A stretch of 64,000 nt of DNA, taken from NCBI GenBank assembly GCA_052327205.1, contig CM126230.1, positions 12,958,001 through 13,022,000 on the forward strand. The letters run 5' to 3'. The stretch comes from Somniosus microcephalus. Taxonomy: Eukaryota. Below the pieces are notes generated by a model. The model had not been told where the DNA came from. It saw nothing but the letters and a program-made list of their open reading frames with translations, and ran no database searches. This document shows, in pieces, positions 1 through 13,800 of this stretch. Position numbers and translations under genes: made by a program. The first letter of the stretch is position 1. Every line of letters starts with the position of its first letter.

Positions 1-3000
1 CACACTAGGGCAGTCTCAGTGATTGTACACACTAGGGTAGTCTCAATGTTTGTACACACTAGGACATTCTCAGTGTTTGTACACACTAGAACCTTCACCG
101 TGTTTGTAAACATTAGGACAGTCTCAGTGATTGTACACACTAGGATAGTCTCAATGTTTGTACAAACTAGGACAGTCTCAGAGATTGTACACATGAGGAC
201 AGTCTCAGTGATTGTACACACTAGGATAGTCTCAATGTTTGTACACACGAGGACAATCTCTGTGTTTGTACACACGAGGATCTTTGTCGTGTTTGTGCAC
301 ACTAAGACAGTCTCAGTGATTGTGCACACTAGGATAGTCTAAATGTTTGTACAAACTAGGACAGTCTCAGTGATTGTACACACTAGGATAGTCTCAATGT
401 TTGTACACACTAGGACAATCTCTGTGTTTGTACACACGAGGATCTTTGCGGTGTTTGTGCACACTAGGACAGTCTCAGTGATTGTGCACACTAGGATAGT
501 CTAAATGTTTTACAAACTAGGACAGTCTCAGAGATTGTACACATGAGGACAGCCTCAGTGATTGTAAACACTAGAACAGACTCTGTGTTTTACAAACTTG
601 GACAGTCTCAGTAGTGGTACACACTAGGACAGTCTCAATGTTTCTTCACACTAGGAGCGTGTCAATGTTGTACACACTAGGACAGTCTCAGTGTTTGTAC
701 ACACTAGGACAGTCTCAGAGTTTGTACACACTAGGACAGTCTCGGTGATTGTACACACTAGGACAGTCTCAGTGTTTGTACACAGTAGGACAGTTTCAAT
801 GTCTGTACACACTAGGACAGTCTCAGTGTTTGTACACACTAGGACAGTCTCAGTGATTGTACACATTTGGATAGTCTCTGTGTTTTTACACACTAGGACA
901 GTCTCATGATTGTACACACTAGGGCCATCTCAGTGATTGTGCACACAATGGTATTCTCAGTGAATATGCAAACTAGGACAGTCTCACTGTTTGTACACAC
1001 TAGGACAGTCTGCATGTTTGGACACACTAGGACATTCTCAGTGTTTGTACACACTAGGCCAGTCTCCTTGATTGTACACATTAGGACATTCTCTGTGATT
1101 GTGCACACTAGGACATTCTCAGTGATTGTACACACAAGGACAGTCTCAGTGTTTGTACACACTAGGACCTTCACCATGTTTGTGCACACTAGGACAGTCT
1201 CAGTGATTGTACACACTGGAATAGTTTCAATGATTGTGCAAACTAGGACAGTCTCAGAGATTGTACACATGAGGACAGTCTCAGTGATTGTACACACTAG
1301 GACCTTCGCTGTGTTTGTGCACACTAGGAAAGTGTCAGTTATTGTACACACGAGGACAGATTCAATGTTTGTACAAACTAGGACTGCCTCAATGTTTGTA
1401 CACACTAGGAGAATCCCAGTGATTGTACACACTATGACATTCTCAGTGATTGTACACACGAGGACAGTCTCAGTGATTGTACACACTAGGACAGTCTCAG
1501 TGATTGTACAAACTAGGACAGTCTCAGTGTTTGTACACTCTAGGACAGTCTCAGTGATTGTACACACTAGGATAGTCTCAATGTTTATACACACTAGGAC
1601 AGTCTCAATGATGGTACACACTAGGACAGTCACAGTGTTTGTACACACGAGGACATTCTCAGTGATTGTACACACTAGGAAAGTCTCAGTGCTTGTACCC
1701 ACTATAACAGTCTCAGTGATTGAACATACGAGGATAGAATCAATGATTGAACGCACTAGGACAGTCACAGTGTTTGTACACACGAGGGCAGTCTCAGCGA
1801 TTGTACACATTAGGACAGTCTCAGTGTTTGTACCCACTAGGATAGTCTCAGTGATTGCACAAATGAGGATAGAATCAATGTTTGTACACATTAGGACAGT
1901 CTCACTGTTTGTACACACTAGGACAGTCTCAGTGTTTGTGCATACTTGGACTTTCTCATTGTTTGTACACTTTAGTACAGTCTCAATGTTTATTCACACT
2001 AGGAGAGTGTCAGTATTTGTACACAGTTTGACAGTCTCAGTGATTGTACACACTAGGACAGTCTCAGTGCTTGTACACACGAGGACAGTCTCAGTGATTG
2101 TACACACCAGGACAGTCTCAGTGATTGTACAAACTAGGACAGTCTCAGGGTTTGTACACTCTAGGACAGTCTCAGTGATTGTACACACTAGGATAGTCTC
2201 AATGTTTGTATACACTAGGAAAGTCTCAATGATGGTACACGCTAGGGCAGACACAGTGTTTGTACATACGAGGACAGTCTCAGTGATTGTACACACTAGG
2301 ACAGTCTCAGTGATTGTACATACGAGGATAGAATCAATGATTGTACGCACTAGGACAGTCTCTGTGTTTGTGCATACTTGGACTGTCTCATTGTTTGTAC
2401 ACTCTAGTACAGTCTCAATGTTTGTTCACACTAGGAGAGTGTCAGTATTTGTACACAGTTTGACAGTCTCATTGATTGTACGCACTAGGACAGTCTCAAT
2501 GTTTTTTCACACTAGGGCCATCTCAGTGATTGTGCACACGATGCCATTCTCAGTGATTGTGCATACTAGGACAGTATCAGTGTTTGTACACACTAGGACA
2601 GTCTCCGTGTTTGGACACACTAGGACAGTCTCCTTGATTGTACTCATTAGGACATTCTCAGTGATTGTGCACACTAGGACATGCTCAGTGATTGTACACA
2701 TGAGGACAGTCTCAGTGTTTGTACACACTAGGACAGTCTCAATGTCTGTACATACTAGGACAGTCTCAGTGATTGTACACACTAGGACAGTCTCAGTCAT
2801 TGTACATATGAGGATAGAATTAATGTTTATACACACTAGGACAGTCTCAGTGTTTGTACACAGTAGGACAGTCTCTGTGTTTGTACACACTAGGACAGTC
2901 TCAGTGTTTGTACACATGAGGACAGTCTCAGTGATTGTACACACTAGGACAGTCTCAGTGTTTGTAACCACTAGAACAGTCTCAGTGATTGTACATACGA

Positions 3001-6000
3001 GGATAGAATCAATGATTGTACGCACTAGGACAGTCTCTGTGTTTGTGCATACTTGGACTGTCTCATTGTTTGTACACTCTAGTACAGTCTCAATGTTTGT
3101 TCACACTAGGAGAGTGTCAGTATTTGTACACAGTAGGACAGTCTCTGTGTTTGTACACACTAGGACAGTCTCAGTGTTTGTACACATGAGGACAGTCTCA
3201 GTGATTGTACACACTAGGACAGTCTCAGTGTTTGTACCCACTAGAACAGTCTCAGTGATTGTACAAACGAGGATAGAATCAATGTTGGTACACACTAGGA
3301 CAGTCTCAGTGTTTGTACACACTAGGACCTTCGCCGTGTTTGTACACACTAGGACAGTCTCTGTGATTTTACACACTAGGACAGTCTCAGAGTTTGTACA
3401 CACTGGGACAGTCTCAGTGTTTATAAACACTAGGACCTTCGCCGTGTTTGTACACACTAGGACAGTCTCAGTGATTGTACACACTAGGATAGTCTCAAGC
3501 TTTGTATAAACTAGGAGAGTCTCAGTGTTTTTACACACGAGGACAGACTCAATGTTTGTATACATTACGACAGTCTCATTGTTTTTACACTGTAGGACAT
3601 TCTGAATCTTGGTACACATTAGGACCGTCTCTGTGATTGTGCAATCGAGGCCATTCTCAGTGATTGTGCACACTAGGACAGTCTCAGTGTCTGTACACAC
3701 TAGGACAATCTCCTTGTTTGGATACACTAGGATAGTCTCAGTGTTTGTACACACTAGGACAGTCTGCTTGATTGTACACATTAGGACATTCTCTGTGATT
3801 ATGCACACTAGGACATTCTCAGTCCTTGTACACACAAGGACAGACTCAGTAATTGTAAATACAAGTACAGACTCAATGTTTGTAGACACTACGACAGTCT
3901 CAGTGTTTGTACACACTAGGAAAGTCTCAGTGATTGTACACACTAGGGCAGTCTCAAATCTTGTACACACTAGGACAGTCTCAGTGATTGTACACACCAG
4001 GACAGTCTCAGAGTTTGTACACACTAGGACAGTCTTGGTGATTGTACACACTAGGAGAGTCTCAATGTTTGTACACATTAGGAGAGTCTCAATATTTGTA
4101 GACATTAGGAGAGTCTCAGTCTTTGTACACACTAGGACAGTCTCAATGTTTGTACACACAAGGACAGTCTCAGTGTTTGTACACACCTTGACAGTTTCAG
4201 TGATTGTGGACATTAGGACATTCTCAGTGATAATGCACAGTAGGACAGTCTCCGTGTCTGTACACACTAGGGCACTCTCAATGTTTGTACACACTAGGAC
4301 AGTCTCAATGTTTGTACACACATGGACAGTCTCAGTGATTGTACACACTAGGATAGTCTTATTGATTATACACACTAGGGAAGTCTCAGTGTTTGTACAC
4401 ATTAGGACAGTCTCAATGATTGTACACACTAGGACAGTCTCAATGTTTGTACACACAAGGACAGTCTCAGTGTTTGTACACACCTTGACAGTCTCAGTGA
4501 TTGTGGACATTAGGACATTCTCAGTGATAATGCACAGTAGGACAGTCTCTGTGTCTGTACACACTAGGGCACTCTCAGTGTTTGTACACACTAGAACAGT
4601 CTCAATGTTTGTTCACACTAGGACAGTCTCATTGATTGTACACACTAGGACAGTCTCAGTGATTGTACACACTAGGATAGTCTTATTGATTATACACACT
4701 AGGGAAGTCTCAGTGTTTGTACACATTAGGACAGTCTCAATGATTGTACACACTAGGACACTCTCAATGTTTGTACACACTAGGACAGTCTCAGTGATTG
4801 TATACACTAGGACACTCTCTGTTTGTACACACTAGGACACCCTCTGTTTGTACACACTAGGACAGTCTCAGTGATTGTCCACATAAGGAAATTCTCAGTG
4901 ATTGTACACACTAGGACAGCCTCAATGATTGTACACACTAGGACAGTCTCAGTGTTTGTACTCACTTGGACAATCTCAATGTTTGTACACACTAGGACAG
5001 TCTCAGTAATTGTACACATGAGGACAGGCTCAGTCTTTCTAGACACAATGACAGTCTCAGTCTTTCTAGACAAAATGACAGTCTCAGTGTTTCTACACAC
5101 TAGGACAGCCTCAGTGTTTGTACACAATAGTACAGTCTCAGTGTTTGTACACACTAGGACAGTCTCAATGTTTGTACACACTAGGATAGTCTTATTGATT
5201 ATACACACTAGGGCAGTCTCAGTGTTTGTACACACTAGGACAGTCTCAATGATTGTACACACTAGGACACTCTCAATGTTTGTACACACTAGGACAGTCT
5301 CAGTGATTGTACACACTAGGACACTCTCTGTTTGTACACACTAGGACACCCTCTGTTTGTACACACTAGGACAGTCTCAGTGATTGTACACACAAGGAAA
5401 TTCTCAGTGATTGTACACACTAGGACAGCCTCAATGATTGTACACACTAGGACAGTCTCAGTGTTTGTACTCACTTGGACAATCTCAATGTTTGTACACA
5501 ATGGGACAGTCTCAGTAATTGTACACATGAGGACAGGCTCAGTCTTTCTAGACACAATGACAGTCTCAGTGTTTCTACACACTAGGACAGCCTCAGTGTT
5601 TGTACACAATAGTACAGTCTCAGTGTTTGTACACACTTGGACAGTCTCAATGTTTGTACACACTAGGACAGTCTCAGTGATTGTACACACTAGGACAGTC
5701 TCAGTGTTTGTACACAGTAGGACAGCCTCAGTGTTTGTACACACTAGGACACTCTGAGTGTTTGTACACTCTAGGAGAGTCTCAATGTTTGTACACACTT
5801 GGACATTCTCCGTGTTTGTACACACTAGGACAGTCTCAATGATTGTTCACACGAGGACAGTCTCAATGATTGTACACACTAGGACAGGCTCATTGTTTGT
5901 AAACATTAGGTCCTTCTCAGTGATTTTAAACAATGGGACAGTCTCAGTGATTGTACACACTGGGACAGTCTCAGTGATTGTACACACTAGGACAGTCTCA

Positions 6001-9000
6001 GCGTTTGTACACACTAGGACTGTCTCAATGATTGTACACACTAGCACAGTCTCAATGTTTTTACACACTAGGAGAGTCTCAATGTTTGTACACACTAGGA
6101 CAGTCTCAGTGATTGTACACACTGGGACAGTCTCAGTGATTGTACACACTAGGACAGTCTCAGCGTTTGTACCCACTAGGACTGTCTCAATGATTGTACA
6201 CACTAGCACAGTCTCAATGTTTTTACACACTAGGAGAGTCTCAGTATTTGTACACACTAGGACAGTCTCAGTGATTGTACACACTAGGAGACCCTCTGTT
6301 TGTACACACTAGGACCCCGTCTGTTTGTACACACTAGGACAGTCTCAGTGATTGTACAACAAGGAAATTCTCAGTGATTGTACACACTAGGACACTCTCT
6401 CTGTTTGTACACACTAGGAAAGTCGCAGTGATTGTACACACTAGGAGACCCTTTATTTGTACACACTAGGACATTCTCAGTGATTGTACACACTATGACA
6501 ATATCTGTGATTGTACACATTAGGTCAGTCTCAGTGATTGTACACACTAGGAAAGTCTCAGTGATTGTACACACTAGGACAGTCTCAGTGATTGTACACA
6601 CTAGGACAGTCTCATTGTTTGTACACACTAGGAAACTCTCTGCTTGTACACACTAGGGCTGTCTCATTGTTTGTACACTCTTGGACAGTCTCAGTGTTTG
6701 TACACACTAGGACAGTCTTAAAGTTTGTTCACACTAGGAGAGTGTCAGTGTTTGTACACACTAGGGCAGTCTCAGTGTCTGTACACACTAGGACAGTCTC
6801 AGTGATTGTATACACTAGGACAGTTTCAGTGATTGTACACACAAGACAGTCTCGGTGTTTGTACACACTAGGACAGTCTCAGTGTTTGTACACACTAGGA
6901 CAGTCTCAATATTTGTATGCACTAGAACAGTCTCAATGTTTGTACACACTAGGACAGTCTCAGTGTTTGTACACACTAGGACAATCTCAATGCTTGTACA
7001 CAATATGTCAGTCTGAATGATTGTACACACCAGGACAGTCTCAGCGTTTGTAAACACTAGGACAGTCTCAGTGATTGTACACACTAGGACAGGCTCAGTG
7101 TTTGTAAACATTAAGACCTTCTCAGTGATGTTAAACAATGGGACAGTCTCAGTGATTGTACACACTAGGACAGTCTCAGCATTTGTACACACTAGGACCG
7201 TCTCAATGATTGTACACACTTGGACAGCCTCAATGTTTCTACATACTAGGAGAGTCTCAATGTTTGTACACACTAGGACAGTTTCAGTGATTGTATACAC
7301 TAGGACACTCTCTGTTTGTACATACTAGGACACCCTCTGTTTGTACACACTAGAACAGTCTCAGTGATTGTACAACAAGGAAATTCTCAGTGATTGTACA
7401 CATTAGGACACTCTCTGCTTGTACACACTAGGAAAGTCGCAATGATTGTACACACTAGGAGACCCTCTGTTTGTACACACTAGGACATTCTCAGTGATTG
7501 TACACACTAGGACAATATCTGTGATTGTACACACTAGGAAAGTCTCAGTGATTGTACACACTAGGACAGTCTCATTATTTGTACTCATTAGGACAGTCTC
7601 AGTGTTTGTACACATTAGGACAGTCTCAGTGTTTGCACACATTAGGACAGTCTCAGTGTTTGTTCACACTAGGAGAGTGTCAGTGTTTGTACACACTAGG
7701 GCAGTCTCAGTGTTTGTACACACTAGGACAGTCTCAGTGATTGTAGACACTAGGACAGTCTCAATCATTGTACACACTGGAACGGTCTTGGTGATTGTAC
7801 ACACAAGACAATCTCGTTGTTTGTACACACTAGGACTGCCTCAATGTTTATACACACTAGGACAGTCTCAGGGTTTATACACACTAGGACAATCTCAATG
7901 CTTGCAAACACTAGGACAGTCTCATTGATTGTACACACTAGGGCAGTCTCAAAGTTGGTACACACTAGGACAGTGTCAGTATTTGTACACACCAGGGCAG
8001 TCTCAATGTGTGTACACACTAGGACAGCCTCAATGTTTGTACACACTAGGACAGTGTCAGTGTTTGTAAACTCTAGGACAGTCTCAGTGATTGTTCACAC
8101 TAGGACAGTCTCAGTGATTGTACACACTAGGACAGTCTCAGTGTTTGTACACACTGGGACAGTCTGTGATTGTACACACTAGGACAGTCTCAATGTTTGT
8201 ACACACTAGGACAGTCTCAGTGATTGTACACACTAGGACAGTATCAGTGTTTGTACACACTAGGACAGTATCATTGTTTGTACACACTAGGACAGTCTCA
8301 ATGTTTGTACACACTAGGACAGCCTCAGTGATTGTACACACTAGGACAGTATCAGTGTTTGTACACACTAGGACAGTCTCAGTGATTGTACACACTAGGA
8401 TAGTCTCATTGTTTGTACATGCTAGGACACTCTCTGCTTGTACACACTAGGACTGTCTCATTGTTTGTACACTCTTGGACAGTCTCAGTGTTTGTACACA
8501 CTAGGACAGTCTTAATGTTTGTTCACACTAGGAGAGTGTCAGTGTTTGTACACACTAGGACAGTCTCAGTGTTTGTACACACTAGGACAGTCTCAGTGAT
8601 TGTACACACTAGGACAGTTTCAGTGATTGTACACACAAGACAGTCTCGGTGTTTGTACACACTAGGACTGTCTCAATGTTTTTACACACTAGGACAGTCT
8701 CAGTGTTTGTACACGCTTGGACAGTCTCAATATTTGTACGCACTAGGACAGTCTCAATGTTTGTACACTCTAGGACAGTCTCAGTGTTTGTACACACTAG
8801 GACAATCTCAATGATTGTACACAATATGTCAGTCTGAATGATTGTACACACTAGGACAGTCTCAGTGTTTGTAAACACTAGGACAGTCTCAGTGATTGTA
8901 CACACTAGGACAGGCTCAGTGTTTGTAAACATTAGGACCTTCTCAGTGATTTTAAACAATGGGACAGTCTCAGTGATTGTACACACTAGGACAGTCTCAG

Positions 9001-9790
9001 CGTTTGTACACACTAGGACCGTCTCAATGATTGTACACACTTGGATAGCCTCAATGTTTTTACACACTAGGAGAGTCTCAATGTTTGTACACACTAGGAC
9101 AGTTTCAGTGATTGTATACACTAGGACACTCTCTGTTTGTACATACTAGGACACCCTCTGTTTGTACACACTAGAACAGTCTCAGTGATTGTACAACAAG
9201 GAAATTCTCAGTGATTGTACACATTAGGACACTCTCTGCTTGTACACACTAGGAAAGTCGCAATGATTGTACACACTAGGAGACCCTCTGTTTGTACACA
9301 CTAGGACATTCTCAGTGATTGTACACACTAGGACAATATCTTTGATTGTACACACTAGTACAGTCTCAATATTTGTACACACTAGGACAGTCTCAGTGAT
9401 TGTACACACTAGGACAGCATCAGTGTTTGTACACACTAGGACAGTCTCAGTGATTGTACACACTAGGACAGTCTCAGTGTTTGTACACACTGGGACAGTC
9501 TGTGATTGTACACACTAGGACAGTCTCAATGTTTGTACACACTAGGACAGTCTCAGTGATTGTACACACTAGGACAGTATCAGTGTTTGTACACACTAGG
9601 ACAGTATCATTGTTTGTACACACTAGGACAGTCTCAAAGTTTGTACACACTAGGACAGTCTCAGTGATTGTACACACTAGGACAGTATCAGTGTTTGTAC
9701 ACACCAGGACAGTCTCAGTGATTGTACACACTAGGACAGTCTCAATGTTTGTACACACTAGGACAGTCTCAATGTTTGTTCACATTAAGA
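1..9790. repeat. 27-bp tandem satellite, about 360 diverged copies, consensus GTACACACTAGGACAGTCTCAGTG(A/T)TT; runs off the left edge of the window
   Basis: Unit directly visible; the ORF track shows matching 9-aa periodicity (VHTRTVSVI on +, CTITETVLV on -); the array stops at about 9790. Confidence 0.97.
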
Positions 9791-9967
9791 GCCAATTATA
9801 ATCCCCTGATTGATGATAGCTCCTGAATGTTAGTGTCAATAAATTATTTTTCACAGGTCAGAATACTTGTAACAGTGCTCAATTCACCAGCTGGTGCTAT
9901 TATTCTGTAATATCACAGGTGCACTGGTCCCTATAACATATTTACAGTGGTTGCTATACCCTATAAT

Positions 9968-10179
9968 TGTAGTGTATTTACCTTTAAGAAAGATCTACTT
10001 TTACAGCTCCTGTATACGGTAGTACCGGCAGTGACCACACCTGTATATAAGCCTTGAGCATGCCTCTGTACCCCCAGTCTTGAGACTACCCTACTCCAGT
10101 AAATACCTGTTGATTGTTAAGTTACAGCATCTGTGTGGTTATTGATAAACATCATACTCTCAGAATCACAGATCTAACA
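9968..10179 (+). repeat. 5' LTR (212 bp)
   Basis: TGTAGTG...TCTAACA; TATATAA at 10044-10050; AGTAAA at 10098-10103; 7 mismatches to the 3' LTR by manual alignment. Confidence 0.95.
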
Positions 10180-10180
10180 G

Positions 10181-10190
10181 TGGCGACGAG
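10181..10190 (+). promoter_or_regulatory. Primer-binding site TGGCGACGAG, likely tRNA-Ser(GCU)
   Basis: One nt after the 5' LTR; complementary to the vertebrate tRNA-Ser(GCU) 3' end ...CUCGUCGCCA (recalled). Confidence 0.8.
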
Positions 10191-10806
10191 TGTTGATTCG
10201 AATCTACCTGCAACTCTGCATTTCCCTTCGAGGATTCGCTCCGAGAGGGCGGTGGAAGAAAGTCGAGGCCAGAAACACGGGCGTCGACCACGAGCAACTG
10301 CCCAGTCGTCTGGCAGAGAGTGAACATCGCAGGGGAGACTGTGGAGAGCCGGGCTTGGTTCCCCAGCCATGACGATCAGCAACAGAATGACGACAGGTAC
10401 AGCGCAGACCCTTCCCGGACAGTGGCGGCTGGAGCCGACCGACGGCAGAGAAAAAACCGAGCGGCGTCGAGGAAAAACAAAACGGAGAGAGGGAGGGTAA
10501 AGCAGCAGCCGGGTTCAGGACCGAGCGCCGGAAACGGGAAAGGCGCAAAGAAAAAAAAAAATGCGCAGAGCACAGCCAGGGCTCAAGGGCTGAACAGTGT
10601 CCGCGGGGAGAAGAAGGGAGAGCGCAGGAGACGCCATTGATCCGCGGAGAAGGAAGAGCGTGGGAGATGCCATTTTTAGAAGCCGCAGCGGAGAAGAAGG
10701 GCGAGCGCAGGAAGAAAGGAAAGCGCGGGAGACGCCATTTTGTGCCAGTGGAGAAGAAGGGAAAGCACGGGAGACGCCATTTTTGACAGTTAAATCACAC
10801 CCAGGG

Positions 10807-13800
10807 ATGCCGAAGAGTGGCAGTATCTCTACGTTCGACAATGAAGTCGAAGATTGGGCAACATATGTGGAACATATTGAGGTGTACTGCAGGGCGAATG
10901 AAGTGCCAGATGCTAGGAAAGCACTGGTTTTGTTAAATTCCATGGGTGCAAAAACTTATGGGTTACTGCGAAACCTAATAACCCCAGAGAAGCCTGTGAA
11001 TAAGAATTTCGAAAGCATAGGAGAAATCCTACAGGACCACTTAAACCCCACACCACTGCTGATAGCAGAACGATTTAAGTTCCATAAAAGGAACCAACAC
11101 AAAGACAAAAACAATGCTGAGTACTTAACGGAACTGCGCAAGCTATCAAAACACTGCCAGTTTGGAGTGGGACTAGCAGATACGTTAAGGGACAAGTTTG
11201 TGTGTGGGCTTCAAAGTGAAGGAACCCAGAAACGGCTTCTATCAGAAAAGGATCTTACGCTGGACAAGGCTTTCAGTATGGCAGTATCACATGAAGCAGC
11301 TGCAAGGGGCGCTGCAGAGATACAATGGAGACTGCAAGAATATGGCACCAAGGAAATGTCCTATGGAACAGGGAAGTGTTATCGCTGCGGCAGAACAACA
11401 CACGACCAAAAGGATTGTTGGTTCAAGGACCAAGTGTGCAGACAGTGTCGAAAAGCAGGACACATAGCAAGAGTCTGCAGGTCTGGGAAGAAAACCAACA
11501 GCAAGAAATCTCCACAGGAGAAGCACAAAAAGGTACACAAGGTGATGGACAGTAGTTCAGACGAACAGAAAAGTGACACAGACTCCGGAAGCAAGGAGCT
11601 GGGTTGTCTGAAACTACATAAGGTAACCAAAATGGAGGATCACCAGATTATCTGGGTTACACTCAAGGTAGACGGAGTCCAAGTGAAAATGGAATTGGAC
11701 ACAGGATCAGCCCTAACAGTCATAAACCAAAGGGACTACAAACGGCTATTTTCACATATACCCTTGAAAGCTACAGAGATTGTCTTGAAGACGTACATGG
11801 GGCAAAAAGTCTACCCCAAAGGAAAAATAAGGGTGAAAGTGATATACAAAGGCCAGGAATTACCTAAAATGGAATTATATGTATTGCCAGATGGAGGACC
11901 ACCACTGCTAGGACGTGAATGGATCCGGAAGATACAATTAGATTGGCATTCCATACAGGCACTGAAGGTTGAGGCCAAAAAGCATGACGACGTCACACCT
12001 GGACGACTGTCAAAAATGCTAACTGACGCAAAAGAAGTGTTCCAGGAGGGCCTCGGAACACTAAAAGGCATAACAGCAATGATTAAAATAGAGGAAAATG
12101 CAAGCCCAAAGTTTCTTAAGGCCAGACCAGTGCCTTATGCGATCAGACCAGCCGTCGAAGCAGAGCTGGAAGGGTTGGAACGTTCAGGAGTACTGTCCAA
12201 AGTAGACTGGAGCGAGTGGGCTACACCCATCGTTCCTGTAATGAAGAGGTCGTTGAGTAATACACCTGGGGAACCAAAGAAGGTCCGCATCTGTGGGGAT
12301 TTTAAGGTGACAGTGAACCCAGTCCTTCACACGGTACAATATCCGCTTCCACGAATTGAGGATATTTTCGCCTCGCTATCTGGAGGTAAACGCTTCACCA
12401 AAATTGATCTAGCCCAGGCGTACTTGCAAATGGAGGTAGAAGAAGCCTCGAAACAATACCTCACGATCAACACTCATAAAGGTCTCTATCAATACAACCG
12501 GCTGGTGTTCGGGGTAGCATCGGCTCCGGCTATTTGGCAAAGGGCGATGGATCAAGTCCTGCAAGGGATTCCAGGGACCCAGTGTTATTTGGACGACATC
12601 CTGGTCACGGGCGAAAATGACAGTGATCACCTCGCCAACTTGGAGAAGGTGCTCACCAGATTAAAGGAATATGGGCTACGAGCTAATCGCCACAAGTGCG
12701 AGTTTTTCCAGAAGCAGATCTCATATTGTGGCCACGTCATCGATGAAGAGGGGTTACATACGTCCCCTGAAAAGATTGAGGCAGTAGTCAAGGCTCCAGC
12801 ACCGGAAAATGTGTCACAACTGAGGCCGTTCCTCGGGCTGGTAAACGACTACCATAAGTTTTTACCAAATTTGTCCACGGTATTACACCCACTGAACACC
12901 CTACTGCAAACAGGGGTACCATGGAAGTGGAATGACGAACGTAGACGAGCTTTCCAGAAGTGTAAAGAATTGATCACATCAAAAGAGGTGTTGGCCCATT
13001 TCAACCCAGCACTACCAATTCGTTTGGCATGTGATGCATCACCCTATGGTATTGGAGCGGTGCTGTCGCACAAATTCCCAGGCGGGTTGGAGAGGCCAGT
13101 AGCCTTTGCGTCTCGGTCACTAACCTCAGCCGAGCGCAACTATGCCCAGATTGACAGGGAGGCCCTCAGCCTAGTATGGGGAGTAAAAAATTCAACCACT
13201 ATCTGCATGGGCAGAAGTTCACCTTGCTGACTGACCACCAACCACTTGTCTCCATCTTTAATCCTAAGAAGGGCGTTCCAGTGATGACTGCACAACGGTT
13301 ACAAAGATGGTCCCTGTTTCTAGGGGCGAATCAATATGAAATAGAATAGAAAGGCACGAAACAGCATGGAAACGCTGATGGGCTATCACGCCTGCCACTG
13401 CCTACTGTGGACGAAGCACCAGCAGTGGACCCTATCGAGATATTTTATTCGTCAATAATGGAACGATTGACAGTAACGAACGCGGATATAGAGAAGGAGA
13501 CCCGCAATGATCCGACACTGTCTCGGGTATATGATTTGACAGTGAGAGGATGGCCAACACATGGCGACTCACTGTTGCCAGCATTCTCATCCAGAAGAGA
13601 ACAGCTGTCAGTATGCCAGGGGACAGTGATGCGTGGATCCCGAGTGGTGATTGTAGTGTATGTGCCTTTAAGTCAGAACTACTTTTACAGCTCCTGTATA
13701 CTGTAGTACCAGCAGTGACCACACCGGTATATAAGCTTTGCGCATGCCTCTGTACCCCCAGTCTAGAGACTACCCTCCTCCAGTAAAGACCTGTTTATTG

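Noticed and set aside
1-9790. CRISPR array
   Set aside because: Head-to-tail monomers with no unique spacers, vertebrate context and no cas genes
19-9801. Long ORFs (VHTRTVSVI)n and (CTITETVLV)n as genes
   Set aside because: They follow from a 27-bp monomer lacking stops in those frames; frameshifts break them, and I see no unique domain, splice structure or promoter
10597-13230. 877-aa ORF as an intact or domesticated gene
   Set aside because: It ends at a frameshift in RNase H; downstream stops and an LTR insertion show a decaying retrotransposon
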